A stretch of DNA of 64,000 nt, taken from positions 3,626-67,625 of the forward strand of contig CASIAI010000005.1 in NCBI GenBank assembly GCA_949372655.1. The letters are read 5' to 3'. Made by a program: the position numbers and the translations under genes. The notes beneath the pieces are model-generated. The model saw only the letters and a list, made by a program, of their open reading frames with translations. It ran no database searches and had not been told where the DNA came from. The first letter of the stretch is position 1; each line of letters begins with the position of its first letter. Source of the DNA: Candidatus Poseidoniaceae archaeon (GTDB taxonomy: Archaea > Thermoplasmatota > Poseidoniia > Poseidoniales > Poseidoniaceae). Below, in pieces: positions 38,542 through 47,996 of this stretch.

Positions 38542-39243
38542 ATGGAAGATGTCGAATCACTGAAAAGAAATGCTGGCATCGCTGCATGTAAGTTTGTTAA
38601 AAATAATATGAAAGTAGGACTAGGCACAGGTTCTACTGTCAAACATACTGTAATTGAACTAGGGAGAATGATCAAAGATGACGGTCTTGAAATCGTTGGA
38701 GTACCCACATCGCTGGCTACTGAAAAATTGGCTCTAGAAGTTGGGATACCTCTAGTCGAGCTTTCAGAAGTTGATTATTTGGACATAGTGATTGATGGGG
38801 CTGATGAATTCGACCCGAGTTTTCAATTGATTAAAGGAGGGGGTGCTGCTCTGTTGAGAGAGAAAATTGTCGCACAAGAATCAAGAGCAATGGTTGTTGT
38901 TGCTGATGAACGAAAGCGTGTATCAAAATTAGGAGCGTTCCCTCTTCCTATCGAAATCACCCCATTTGCTTACGAATCTACAATAAGGAAATTGACTAAA
39001 CTACTCGATTGTAGAGTCAATTGTAGAATGTCTGGAGATAACCCTGTAGTTACTGATAATGGGAATTTGATCGCTGATGCCCATTGTGGACCAACCATAG
39101 AAGACCCAAACAAAGTAGAAAGCGAGGTATTGATGATCGCTGGAGTGGTTCAGGTTGGATTATTCAATGACATGTGTGATGTTGTAATATTAGCCGGCAA
39201 TAATGGAGTTGAAGAGATTATCAACCCGAATGGTCGCCTTTGA
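38542..39243 (+). CDS. rpiA: Ribose-5-phosphate isomerase A
   Basis: VGLGTGST, DGADE, IKGGGAALLREK, TDNGN, GVVQVGLF. Confidence 0.95.
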   Translation: MEDVESLKRNAGIAACKFVKNNMKVGLGTGSTVKHTVIELGRMIKDDGLEIVGVPTSLATEKLALEVGIPLVELSEVDYLDIVIDGADEFDPSFQLIKGGGAALLREKIVAQESRAMVVVADERKRVSKLGAFPLPIEITPFAYESTIRKLTKLLDCRVNCRMSGDNPVVTDNGNLIADAHCGPTIEDPNKVESEVLMIAGVVQVGLFNDMCDVVILAGNNGVEEIINPNGRL

Positions 39244-39292
39244 TTGTCATAAATAAATCAATGATTAAATACGGGTGTTAAGACGCTTGGTT

Positions 39293-39369
39293 GGGCCTGT
39301 AGCTTAGTCAGGTAGAGCGACGGACTCTTAATCCGTCGGTCGCGGGTTCGAACCCCGTCAGGCCCGCCA
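39293..39369 (+). tRNA. tRNA-Lys (CTT), CCA encoded
   Basis: Acceptor GGGCCTG/CAGGCCC, anticodon arm ACGGA-CTCTTAA-TCCGT, T arm GCGGG-TTCGAAC-CCCGT, then G-CCA. Confidence 0.96.
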
Positions 39370-39371
39370 TC

Positions 39372-39665
39372 TCAACGATAGAGACCTAGTACATTGTTTT
39401 TAGAAACAAAACCAAAATTATGAGAATCCTCAGATGAAGTTGGGTCTGGATTGTCTCCAACAAGCCATAATTGATTATCTTGATTTATTTTTTTGATTCT
39501 CTTAATCATAATCAATTTACTATTGAAAGGATGAGTAAATACAACAACATCACCAATCAATAATTCTTGATCGTCAAATGAAATACAATCAATAACTTGA
39601 CCATCATCGAAATTAGGCCACATACTATGACCTGAAACAATAACTTGAATGTTCTTCATTAACAA
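39372..39665 (-). CDS. sodX: Nickel-SOD maturation protease (S26 family)
   Basis: VSGHSMWP (Ser), MIKRI (Lys), GDN; directly downstream of sodN. Confidence 0.9.
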   Translation of the reverse strand: MLMKNIQVIVSGHSMWPNFDDGQVIDCISFDDQELLIGDVVVFTHPFNSKLIMIKRIKKINQDNQLWLVGDNPDPTSSEDSHNFGFVSKNNVLGLYR

Positions 39666-40103
39666 TCAACTTGCACGAATCCAAGGCACTTCTCTGCCCT
39701 TGACTGCCCAAAACATATTGTGAATAGATTCTATTGCGTCCATTAATTCTTGAGCATGCTCAGAAGAAACTTCTACCTTACATGCACTGCAAAGTTTAGC
39801 AGCCTTCCAGAAGGTGGTGTGAAGTTCAGGATTGGATTCCAAGTGTTGGGGCTTGAAGAAGTCGGTCCATAGAACCAATAATTCATCCTTACACTTCTGA
39901 GCTTCTTCCTCTTTAATAGCCGAATAACGACTCATAGTATTCATATATGCAGCCATTGATTCTGAACTAAAGACTGTTGGGTATTCTAAAGACAACATCT
40001 TTTTGGTCATTGACTGAACTGCTTCTCCTGCTATTCTAGCACTCGCTGGGTCATATACTCCACATGGTCCATCGCAATGCGCACTCGCGTTTATTACTGA
40101 CAT
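39666..40103 (-). CDS. sodN: Nickel superoxide dismutase
   Basis: Ni-hook HCDGPCGVYDP after an 8-residue leader; LWTDFFKP; LCSACK. Confidence 0.95.
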   Translation of the reverse strand: MSVINASAHCDGPCGVYDPASARIAGEAVQSMTKKMLSLEYPTVFSSESMAAYMNTMSRYSAIKEEEAQKCKDELLVLWTDFFKPQHLESNPELHTTFWKAAKLCSACKVEVSSEHAQELMDAIESIHNMFWAVKGREVPWIRAS

Positions 40104-40146
40104 ATTTCACCCCACTCACCGGTGTCATATCAATTTAATGATTGGT

Positions 40147-41058
40147 TCACTTAACTACAATAGTGGTTCCTTCTTCGCCTTTTAATGCTTTTAGAGCATC
40201 ACCTGGTTGACAAAGAATAGATTTTAGATTAGGATTATGAATCGCCGCTTCAACTAAACTCCCAATTTTTGGACCCATAGAACCTTCTGGAAACTCTCCA
40301 TTGGAAGTGAAGTTTTCGCACTGCTCAATGGTTAAAACTCGATGAGATTCTTCATCTTCTGTACCAAATCCAGTCTTAACACAGTCGATTGCTGTTGAAA
40401 TAATCAATGCATCCGCTTGAAGTTTTATCGCTAATAATGAAGAAAGCCGATCTTTGTCGATTACAGCAGGTACTCCTGAAAAATATTTTTCGCGCCGTAC
40501 GACTGGAATACCGCCACCACCACCACAAATCACAACAGCCTTCAATTCAACTAACTTCCTTATCACTTCAAGGTCTAGAACATTCATTGGAAGGGGACTT
40601 GCAACCACTCTACGTGGGCCTTTCTTGGTCTCAGCAATGTCCCAATCTGCAGACATAACCACTTGGTCAGACAACACGGGTCCTACTGGTTTTGTAGGAA
40701 ATTGGAAACCTCGGTCTGAAGGGTCAACCTCTACCCTCGTAATCACGCATGCAGTCCTTTCTGGACGAAGCCTTTTGTTGAGAATTGAATCCAAATTTAA
40801 TGAAAGTGAGTGGCCAATCATTCCTTGAGTTGCTGCAACCCATGAATCCATTGAATGTGAGACATTATCATCAAGCTGCATTAAATGTCCGACCTGAGGT
40901 CCGTTACCATGGGTCAATACAATACTCCAACCAGCTTCCAATAAATCCACAACATCACTCATGACCCTGGCAAGTACTTCTTCACTACTTCCATCTTTAT
41001 CACCAGTAGGTGAAGAAAGTGCATTCCCTCCAATTGCATATACTGCAACACGATTCAT
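40147..41058 (-). CDS. arcC: Carbamate kinase
   Basis: AIGGNAL, THGNGPQVG, PTKPVG, RRVVASP, GGGGIPV, VIDKD, GSMGPK. Confidence 0.93.
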   Translation of the reverse strand: MNRVAVYAIGGNALSSPTGDKDGSSEEVLARVMSDVVDLLEAGWSIVLTHGNGPQVGHLMQLDDNVSHSMDSWVAATQGMIGHSLSLNLDSILNKRLRPERTACVITRVEVDPSDRGFQFPTKPVGPVLSDQVVMSADWDIAETKKGPRRVVASPLPMNVLDLEVIRKLVELKAVVICGGGGGIPVVRREKYFSGVPAVIDKDRLSSLLAIKLQADALIISTAIDCVKTGFGTEDEESHRVLTIEQCENFTSNGEFPEGSMGPKIGSLVEAAIHNPNLKSILCQPGDALKALKGEEGTTIVVK

Positions 41059-41182
41059 GTGCCGTGGTAGTAGCGATATAGTTTGAGTATTTCCTATAGA
41101 TGGGCTTTAAAGTTGTATTTTGACGACCTAATGAGTAGTATCGTCTTGGGTGACATTGAATTACATCGTACTTTAGCGTCAA

Positions 41183-42523
41183 ATGGGCGAGGCTATGAAG
41201 AATACGTGGATTGGAGATGTACAATCAGGTCAGCATGATAACAAGGAAGTTGAATTGAAGGGATGGGTAAAGCGTTCTCGTGGGTCAAATAAAATTCGAT
41301 TCTTGGTTCTACGAGATTCTACTGGAACTATCCAATGTGTCGCTAAAAGAGATGCTTTGGGAGACGAAAGTTTTGAAGAAATTAAGTCCGCTCTAATAGA
41401 ATCATCAATTATTCTCAAGGGTATGGTCAATGTTGACGAGCGCTCGGAAGGCGGTCATGAATTGGTAGTCACTTCGGTTGAAATTATCGGACCAGTTAAT
41501 CCTGAAACGCCATTCCCTATCACTGAATCAGCAATGGCTGCAGCAGATGGGGGAGAAACTGAATTCCTTCTAGACAACCGACATTTATACCTTCGAACCT
41601 CAAGAATGACAACTATGCTTAAAATTCGTAGTTCTGTTTTCGGTGCAATTCATTCATATTTCCGGGATTTGGATTTCCTTGAATATCAGGCTCCAAACTT
41701 TGTAGCAGGTGCAGTTGAAGGAGGCTCAACACTATTTGAAGTTCCATATTTTGGAAAAAAGGCATACTTAACTCAATCATGGCAACTCTATGCAGAAGCT
41801 GCAATGCCTGCTTTGGAAAGGTTGTATACAATTGCACCATCATTCCGTGCCGAGAAGTCAAGAACGAGGCGACACCTAACTGAGTTCTGGCATGCTGAAA
41901 TGGAAGTTGCTTGGGCGACTAATGATGAAATTATGAACCATGGTGAAGGGGTTGTACGACATATTTCTTCTACTCTTCTTGATGAGAGAAGCGATGAACT
42001 GGAATCCTTAGGAAGAGATTTAGATTTGATCAGCCGATTTGCTGATTCACCTTATCCAAGAATGCGTTATGATGAGGCAGTAGAAACACTTCAAGGGCTT
42101 GGTGTAGAAATTGAGTGGGGTCAAGATTTAGACTATTCGAAAGAGAAAGTTTTGACTCAAGATTTTGATGTACCTCACTTCCTAACCCATTATCCAAAGA
42201 TAGCTAAACCATTCTATCACCGAGTTGACCCTGATGATGAAAAGTATGTTCTATGCCATGATTTATTGGCACCGGAAGGTTATGGTGAAATTATCGGTGG
42301 CGGAGAAAGAACTTGGTCCGAAGAAGAAATCCTTGCACGAATTGACGAAGAAGGAACTCCACGTGAACCATATCAGTTCTATATTGACACTCGTACATAT
42401 GGTGGAGTACCTCATGGTGGATTTGGACTTGGAGTAGACAGAGTTTGTTCTTGGCTTAGCGGAGCGGACCATATCAGAGAAGTAATACCGTTCCCAAGAG
42501 ATTCCAGAAGAGTCACTCCTTAG
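41183..42523 (+). CDS. asnS: Asparagine--tRNA ligase
   Basis: N-terminal OB fold, EGGSTLF, YLTQSWQLYAE, FRAEKSRTRRHLTEFWHAEME, PHGGFGLG, FPR. The start may be ATG 41195. Confidence 0.93.
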   Translation: MGEAMKNTWIGDVQSGQHDNKEVELKGWVKRSRGSNKIRFLVLRDSTGTIQCVAKRDALGDESFEEIKSALIESSIILKGMVNVDERSEGGHELVVTSVEIIGPVNPETPFPITESAMAAADGGETEFLLDNRHLYLRTSRMTTMLKIRSSVFGAIHSYFRDLDFLEYQAPNFVAGAVEGGSTLFEVPYFGKKAYLTQSWQLYAEAAMPALERLYTIAPSFRAEKSRTRRHLTEFWHAEMEVAWATNDEIMNHGEGVVRHISSTLLDERSDELESLGRDLDLISRFADSPYPRMRYDEAVETLQGLGVEIEWGQDLDYSKEKVLTQDFDVPHFLTHYPKIAKPFYHRVDPDDEKYVLCHDLLAPEGYGEIIGGGERTWSEEEILARIDEEGTPREPYQFYIDTRTYGGVPHGGFGLGVDRVCSWLSGADHIREVIPFPRDSRRVTP

Positions 42524-42531
42524 GTGATATC

Positions 42532-43575
42532 ATGAGCGATGTAATTGCACTTGGGTGTGGTTTAGTTGGCAAGTTTGTAATCAGGAAACTTTTGGAAAAT
42601 GGAAAGTCAGTAACCGTTGTCGATTTGAGAATTCCTGAAGAAATAGCACACTTGGAAAATGTTAATCCTATTGAAGGAGATGTTTTTAGTATACTTGAAA
42701 CATTACCGCATGGTAAGGTTGTAGTGAATATGCTACCCGGAAGAATTGGAGATAAAGTAAGACCTAAACTGCTAGAATCCAAGCATCAAATAATTGACCT
42801 AGCCTTTACTTTGGAAGACCCAAGTAAGTATTCGAATCTAGCAAAAGTCAATAATTGTTCATTGCTTTGGGATGTGGGAATCGCTCCCGGATTATCCAAT
42901 ATGCTGGTTAAGAAAGGCCGAAATATGATTGGTGAATTAGATTTAGTCCATATTAAAGTTGGAGGTAATCCATCAAAGAAAGATTCGAATTGGTCATACA
43001 TGGCACCTTTCTCCCCTTCAGATGTCATCGAAGAATATACTCGACCTGCAAGAATTATTGAAAATAATCAGATGATTAATGTTCCCGCTTTATCTGAAAG
43101 ACATTTGATCGATGTAGAATATCATGGAAAGATGGAAGCATTCCTAACTGACGGCCTTAGAAGTATAATGGACTCCATACCAGCGAAAGAGATGAAAGAA
43201 TTCACTGTAAGATGGCCAGGACATATCGACAAATGGATTGATGAAGGTATTGATATGGATGAGGATAAACTCCTAGCTGAGTGGAAATTTGATAATAATC
43301 GGGAAGAATTCACATGGCTTGAAGTCAAAGTTCAAAATCAAAAATCTAAGATTAGATGGATGGTTTATGATAATGGAAAAGATGGTGATAGTTCAATGGC
43401 CAGAACCACTGGACTGGTTACTGCTGCATGTACTATGTTATTTTTAGAAAATGGGCCATTACAGGGGTGTGGGCTTGAACCCGGCATTCACGCTCCAGAA
43501 AACATATCTGATAGTTCAATAGAATACATCATTCAATTTCTTAGTGAAAATGGTGTTGAGATTAACCAATCTTAA
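42532..43575 (+). CDS. Saccharopine dehydrogenase / lysine 6-dehydrogenase family protein
   Basis: LGCGLVG, GIAPGLSN, VGG.P, EEYTRPA, EAFLTDGL, MARTTG. Confidence 0.88.
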   Translation: MSDVIALGCGLVGKFVIRKLLENGKSVTVVDLRIPEEIAHLENVNPIEGDVFSILETLPHGKVVVNMLPGRIGDKVRPKLLESKHQIIDLAFTLEDPSKYSNLAKVNNCSLLWDVGIAPGLSNMLVKKGRNMIGELDLVHIKVGGNPSKKDSNWSYMAPFSPSDVIEEYTRPARIIENNQMINVPALSERHLIDVEYHGKMEAFLTDGLRSIMDSIPAKEMKEFTVRWPGHIDKWIDEGIDMDEDKLLAEWKFDNNREEFTWLEVKVQNQKSKIRWMVYDNGKDGDSSMARTTGLVTAACTMLFLENGPLQGCGLEPGIHAPENISDSSIEYIIQFLSENGVEINQS

Positions 43576-43688
43576 ATCAATTCCTCGCCACAACTTGGAC
43601 AAGGTATTCCAGGGATAAACTCACCTAACATGAAACCACAATGTGGGCAAAATGAAGAAACTAATCCAAAGTCATCAATAGATGCCAT
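43572..43688 (-). CDS. Double-CPxCG Zn-finger microprotein (38 aa)
   Basis: Missed by the ORF track: MASIDDFGLVSSFCPHCGFMLGEFIPGIPCPSCGEELI*. Confidence 0.75.
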   Translation of the reverse strand: MASIDDFGLVSSFCPHCGFMLGEFIPGIPCPSCGEELI

Positions 43689-43721
43689 GGAATTAAATAA
43701 GTTTTAGAATTTATAAAGTTT

Positions 43722-44486
43722 TCAATTAGACATTTTATTCTTTATTTTGTTTAAAATTATTTCTAAATCTTTCTCTCTTACCACTTCATCGCAATATTCC
43801 AGTGGCCGCTCATCCCAAGGATTGAAGCAGATAGAATATCCTGATTGCTGGAACATACCTATGTCACCGGCTGAATCTCCAACAGAAGAAGTCTTTTCTT
43901 TTGAGATACCGAACCTTCTTTGTAACATTTTGACAATAGACCCTTTTCCGTTCATTTGAACTTGATAGCGGCCAAAATCATCAATCAAAAAGTCATCTTT
44001 GTACTGTGTTCCAGTTAGCCATCCATTTGTAAATACTGTTAATTGTGTATCTTGGCCATCAGCAAATCTCTTTGAGGTGAACCTGTCAATTCCACCCCAC
44101 CTTCTTTTCCATGGAGTACCGCTAGGGAATTGTGCGGCAATATCTCTTGCAGTTTGTTGAAGACCACCGCTGACAATAGCTACTTTGGCACCATCATCTA
44201 GAAGACCTTGAATCAACATCTTCCAATTCTTCATCATTGGCATACCTTCCATATTTTGACGTAATTCTCCATCAGTTACTGGTTTTTGGGATGGACTTCT
44301 ACTTCCTTTAATCAAAGCAATGTCAAGTTTTATCCAATCCCACTCATCTAAAAGACCTTGATTGTATAGTTCAAATGATTCATCATTGGATAATCCCATT
44401 TGGTCATAGACAAATTGCCATGTTGACAAATGGTCAACCAATACTCGGTCCATATCAAGACAAACAAGATAACTTTCAGAACTCAT
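43722..44486 (-). CDS. HAD-superfamily phosphatase (HAD-IB, phosphoserine-phosphatase-like)
   Basis: DMDRVLV (motif I), IVSGG (II), GKG (III), VGDSAGD (IV). Confidence 0.88.
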   Translation of the reverse strand: MSSESYLVCLDMDRVLVDHLSTWQFVYDQMGLSNDESFELYNQGLLDEWDWIKLDIALIKGSRSPSQKPVTDGELRQNMEGMPMMKNWKMLIQGLLDDGAKVAIVSGGLQQTARDIAAQFPSGTPWKRRWGGIDRFTSKRFADGQDTQLTVFTNGWLTGTQYKDDFLIDDFGRYQVQMNGKGSIVKMLQRRFGISKEKTSSVGDSAGDIGMFQQSGYSICFNPWDERPLEYCDEVVREKDLEIILNKIKNKMSN

Positions 44487-44496
44487 AAAAACACAC

Positions 44497-45330
44497 TCAC
44501 TTACTCGACCAATCATATTGAGCTTGTATTTGTTCAACTTGCTTACCCATTATGTACAATATTAAAGCCACCATCATAGCAAAAAGACCGATTAGGGTCA
44601 TTGCAATAGTTGTTAGAGTGACACCTATAGAAGTCGTATTTAACTCACTAAAAGTATCTACTACATTACCAGACAGTTTGTATCCTAATACGAATAAAAC
44701 AATTCCAGGTATTCCGAAAAGTAGTAGTGGGTGTCGAGTTTCTAACATCCAATAAAATAATTGAGCAAATCTTGAAGCTGAAGCTAGTGATTCTCTTTGA
44801 GGTAATCTAATAGATTTCTGAGTACGTGAGACTCTCACTTTCAAATCCATATCAAAGTCCATAGCATTAGATAATGGGGATGTTTTTGATAATTCTTCTA
44901 TACCCGAACGGGATAAAACCATGTGTGAGAAATCTATAGAATCAATTATTATGTCGTTATCATCTTGTAAGCCTTTACTATCTTCATTAGTGAATGCGAT
45001 ATAAATATCCCAAGATTCTCTAACTCGATTTTCTATTATCGGAAAGTCACTTATTTTCCAGTCATCAGTAACTCTTAGGACTAAATTTGTCATATTCAAA
45101 TCCAAACTCGAATCTAAAATATATTTTGAAACATCTTTACACCCAAGTTCCGAATTATAATGTAATACACGACAATTGAAATCTTCAGCCAACTCAACAG
45201 TCAGATCATTGGAACCCAAGTCAAAAAATACTACTTCCTCTGAAATTTCTCTCGCCCTTACAATCAGAGAAATTATCCTCAACTCAAGGTCTCGGCCGAG
45301 TAAAATAATCCTCGTACCCTCATTCTCCAT
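44497..45330 (-). CDS. Degenerate GT2-like protein with C-terminal TM helices
   Basis: FFDLGSNDLTVELA aligns with IDDGSSDSSARIA of the 29209 GT2; C-terminal HPLLLFGIPG matches KPLLVLGIPG; catalytic motifs eroded. Confidence 0.65.
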   Translation of the reverse strand: MENEGTRIILLGRDLELRIISLIVRAREISEEVVFFDLGSNDLTVELAEDFNCRVLHYNSELGCKDVSKYILDSSLDLNMTNLVLRVTDDWKISDFPIIENRVRESWDIYIAFTNEDSKGLQDDNDIIIDSIDFSHMVLSRSGIEELSKTSPLSNAMDFDMDLKVRVSRTQKSIRLPQRESLASASRFAQLFYWMLETRHPLLLFGIPGIVLFVLGYKLSGNVVDTFSELNTTSIGVTLTTIAMTLIGLFAMMVALILYIMGKQVEQIQAQYDWSSK

Positions 45331-45451
45331 ATGTGTGTCACAGGGTTTTACCTTTCAAACCTATCATTAAATAACTTCAAATATATCTAAAAATGTAGTA
45401 AATATATTTTGTAACAAGTAGATTCATTTGTGATGCCATGTTGGCAGTATT

Positions 45452-46390
45452 GTGTACTACGATTGGCGAGTTGGTGTTGTAATTCCTGCTCGCAACGAGG
45501 AAGATTTCATTGGAGGCGTCTTGGATAACATACCCGATTATGTAGACCATGTAATTGTCATAAACGATGGTTCAACCGACTCAACTGAAAAAATAGCCAA
45601 TCAGTATGCTGATGAAGAATATCAATTATCTATTATTCAAAATAATGGTCAAGGAGTTGGCTCATCAATCGACCGAGGACATAGGGAATTGCTAGAAATC
45701 AGTGAGAAGCCGTTCATAAGTGTCGTAATGGCAGGGGATGGACAAATGAATCCTGATGATATGGAACTATTACTGCAACCAATTATCAGTGGGATGGCAG
45801 ATTACTGTAAAGGTGATAGGTTCCTTCATCAAGAGGGGGTATCTAATATGCCTAAAATCAGGAAGTTAGCAAGTATGATTCTTGCTTTTTTCACTACTCT
45901 CGCTGCCGGACAACGAATTTCTGACCCACAATGCGGATATACTGCAACTAGTTACAAGGTAATTGAAACATGGAATTGGAAGAATTCTTGGAAAGGATAT
46001 GGATACCCTAATTTTTGGCTGATAAATTTAGCCAAGCAGTCGTGGAGAATTTATCATGTCCCAGTTAAGTCAATCTACGGTACTGAAACGTCTGCCATCA
46101 AAAATCTATCATTCTTCCTCAAGGTTGGATTAATGATGGCTTTACAACACCATCGGAGAGTATTTTCTAAACTATTTTCTAGAGAAGTAAACCCACACAT
46201 AATCTTTTCATTCACATCTTACTTCATTGGATGGGTAGCCATCATACCATGGTATAGCACAGACTTAGAAAGAGTATTAGTTGACCGGGGAGTTCCAATT
46301 ATCGCCATAGTATTGGTTTCATGGACTGCCGCTCATATTTTTGACCGGTTATCGGTAAAGGTATCCCAGGAGTTGAAACAAAATGCGTAG
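45452..46390 (+). CDS. Glycosyltransferase family 2
   Basis: VIPARNEE, INDGSTD, NQG-like NGQGVG, MAGDGQM, DPQCGYTA. Confidence 0.9.
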   Translation: MYYDWRVGVVIPARNEEDFIGGVLDNIPDYVDHVIVINDGSTDSTEKIANQYADEEYQLSIIQNNGQGVGSSIDRGHRELLEISEKPFISVVMAGDGQMNPDDMELLLQPIISGMADYCKGDRFLHQEGVSNMPKIRKLASMILAFFTTLAAGQRISDPQCGYTATSYKVIETWNWKNSWKGYGYPNFWLINLAKQSWRIYHVPVKSIYGTETSAIKNLSFFLKVGLMMALQHHRRVFSKLFSREVNPHIIFSFTSYFIGWVAIIPWYSTDLERVLVDRGVPIIAIVLVSWTAAHIFDRLSVKVSQELKQNA

Positions 46391-46715
46391 GATGGATAAG
46401 AGGAATAATCCTCGAAAAGCTCATGTTAGGCACATTTTATTGGCAAACAAGCCTGAAGCAAAAGATATTTTACAGCAAATCCAAGATTCAAAGAAACCAT
46501 TGAAAGAATTCAAAAAGTTAGCAAAGAAGTTTTCCAATTGTGCTAGTGGAAGTAAGAAAGGAGACTTGGGTGAATTTGTCGAAGGACAAATGGTTCAGGA
46601 CTTTGAAAATGCAGTTTGGCAAGCCGAACCAGAGTCTATTCCAACTAAATTTATTAAGACACAATTTGGGTTTCATATAATTTGGGTACACTCAAAAACT
46701 GAGCAGAACGAATAA
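46383..46715 (+). CDS. Parvulin-type peptidyl-prolyl isomerase (PpiC-like)
   Basis: HVRHILL, FKKLAKKFSNC.S..KKGDLG, QMVQDFE, KTQFGFHII. Confidence 0.92.
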   Translation: MRRMDKRNNPRKAHVRHILLANKPEAKDILQQIQDSKKPLKEFKKLAKKFSNCASGSKKGDLGEFVEGQMVQDFENAVWQAEPESIPTKFIKTQFGFHIIWVHSKTEQNE

Positions 46716-46716
46716 A

Positions 46717-46794
46717 TGGTGGGCGTACCAAGATTTGAACTTGGGTCCAAGCGTCCCAAACGCCCGAGTATAGGCCAAACTAACCCATACGCCC
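46717..46794 (-). tRNA. tRNA-Pro (TGG), CCA encoded
   Basis: Acceptor GGGCGTA/TACGCCC, anticodon arm GGGCG-TTTGGGA-CGCTT, T arm CCAAG-TTCAAAT-CTTGG, then A-CCA. Confidence 0.95.
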
Positions 46795-46828
46795 GTAGTT
46801 CTTGGCCACAACTTCATACCTATGAAGT

Positions 46829-47260
46829 TCACTCAAGAAATTGCCAAATTCCACTTCCAATACGTATAATCAAACCTTGAGTTTCAATGTGCTCCATAAA
46901 GTCCACGACATCTATTTCAATGCTATTTTTTTTCAATAGTTCAGCTACTTTTACCTGATGAATTATTCCGTTTTCATCTAATGATTCTTTGACTACTCTC
47001 AAACCCGCTGCAGAACTATATTCCTTAGTAACCAATGATGAGTTATTAGAAAGTCTTGATTCTAGTAATTCTCTCAAAGGTTCAGGAGTATTGGCTAACA
47101 CTACTTTCTTACGCAATTCATTGGAATCAGCAGCCTTATCTACCACTTCGGCATTATCATTGATTCTTTGGCCACAATGTGGACATAAGTGGCCAGTACT
47201 TTTTCTTCCATGACAGATGTTACATGCAGAACATCTCAGAACTAGCCATGATTCAGCCAT
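46829..47260 (-). CDS. Hypothetical protein with N-terminal Zn ribbon
   Basis: RCSAC...CPHCG followed by a helical, possibly winged-helix C-terminus. Confidence 0.75.
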   Translation of the reverse strand: MAESWLVLRCSACNICHGRKSTGHLCPHCGQRINDNAEVVDKAADSNELRKKVVLANTPEPLRELLESRLSNNSSLVTKEYSSAAGLRVVKESLDENGIIHQVKVAELLKKNSIEIDVVDFMEHIETQGLIIRIGSGIWQFLE

Positions 47261-47295
47261 AACCTTCTGTTGATTCGAGGGTTTTTGAATATGAC

Positions 47296-47946
47296 TTACA
47301 AACTGAAATCTGAGCCGCCACTATTTTTCCTTCCACCAGGCCTAAGCGCTGGGGCTGCTGGTGCTTTGACATCGACTCTCTTTTGCTGATTGTCCAAAGG
47401 AACTGATAATCCACCCCTAATAGGGCCGGTCGAAGTTTTACCACCAAAGGAAAGTGAATTAGGAAGAATGAGAGCGGCCATTGCAACTCCATGATGTTCT
47501 GCACCTGCAGTAACTTCATCAACTGCAACATCAAAAGAAATTACTTCAAGGTCTCTACTCGCTAATCTCCTTTGTAAGTTTCTTCTTAGAAGAAGAGATG
47601 TTTCCTCATAATCTAATTCTGTAGAGATTGTGGCGACTATTGCACATTCATCGCCTTCAGGAGTAACACAAGACGCCCAAGCAACTCCAGCACATGCACT
47701 ACCGCCATCATAGGAATATGAAGTAGCGATGTGACATTCGATAAGAGAACCAAGAGGTAATGGACGAGGTGGTGTTGCTTCAAAGTTCAAAGGCAGCATT
47801 GCTCCCTTGACCTCAATTAGTCGTGTATCACCAAGTCCCATTTCTACCAATCCTTGGTCATAAGCATCCTCAGCGTTTTCACCCCATGGAGCGACTGCAG
47901 TCATCAACCAACCTTGGCTCGTCTTTCGAACTCGTCCCGGCTTCAT
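47296..47946 (-). CDS. Pyruvoyl-dependent arginine decarboxylase (PdaD)-fold protein lacking the self-cleavage Ser-Ser
   Basis: GENAEDAYDQGLVEMGLGDTRLIEVKGAMLP parallels PdaD [37 protein letters not shown] and AMAALI also match. Confidence 0.7.
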   Translation of the reverse strand: MKPGRVRKTSQGWLMTAVAPWGENAEDAYDQGLVEMGLGDTRLIEVKGAMLPLNFEATPPRPLPLGSLIECHIATSYSYDGGSACAGVAWASCVTPEGDECAIVATISTELDYEETSLLLRRNLQRRLASRDLEVISFDVAVDEVTAGAEHHGVAMAALILPNSLSFGGKTSTGPIRGGLSVPLDNQQKRVDVKAPAAPALRPGGRKNSGGSDFSL

Positions 47947-47996
47947 ATTACGAGACAAGCGCAAGAGGTTCATGAACAACATGGTCATCCCAGTGC

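Noticed and set aside
39293-39369. tRNA-Lys, His or Pro as integration sites of a mobile element
   Set aside because: No duplicated tRNA 3' end, integrase or compositional shift was visible in the window.
41118-41183. T-box-like leader upstream of asnS (TTTGACG/CGTCAAA pairing)
   Set aside because: Only a 7-bp long-range complement; no T-box consensus or AG/GA motifs, and T-boxes are not established in archaea.
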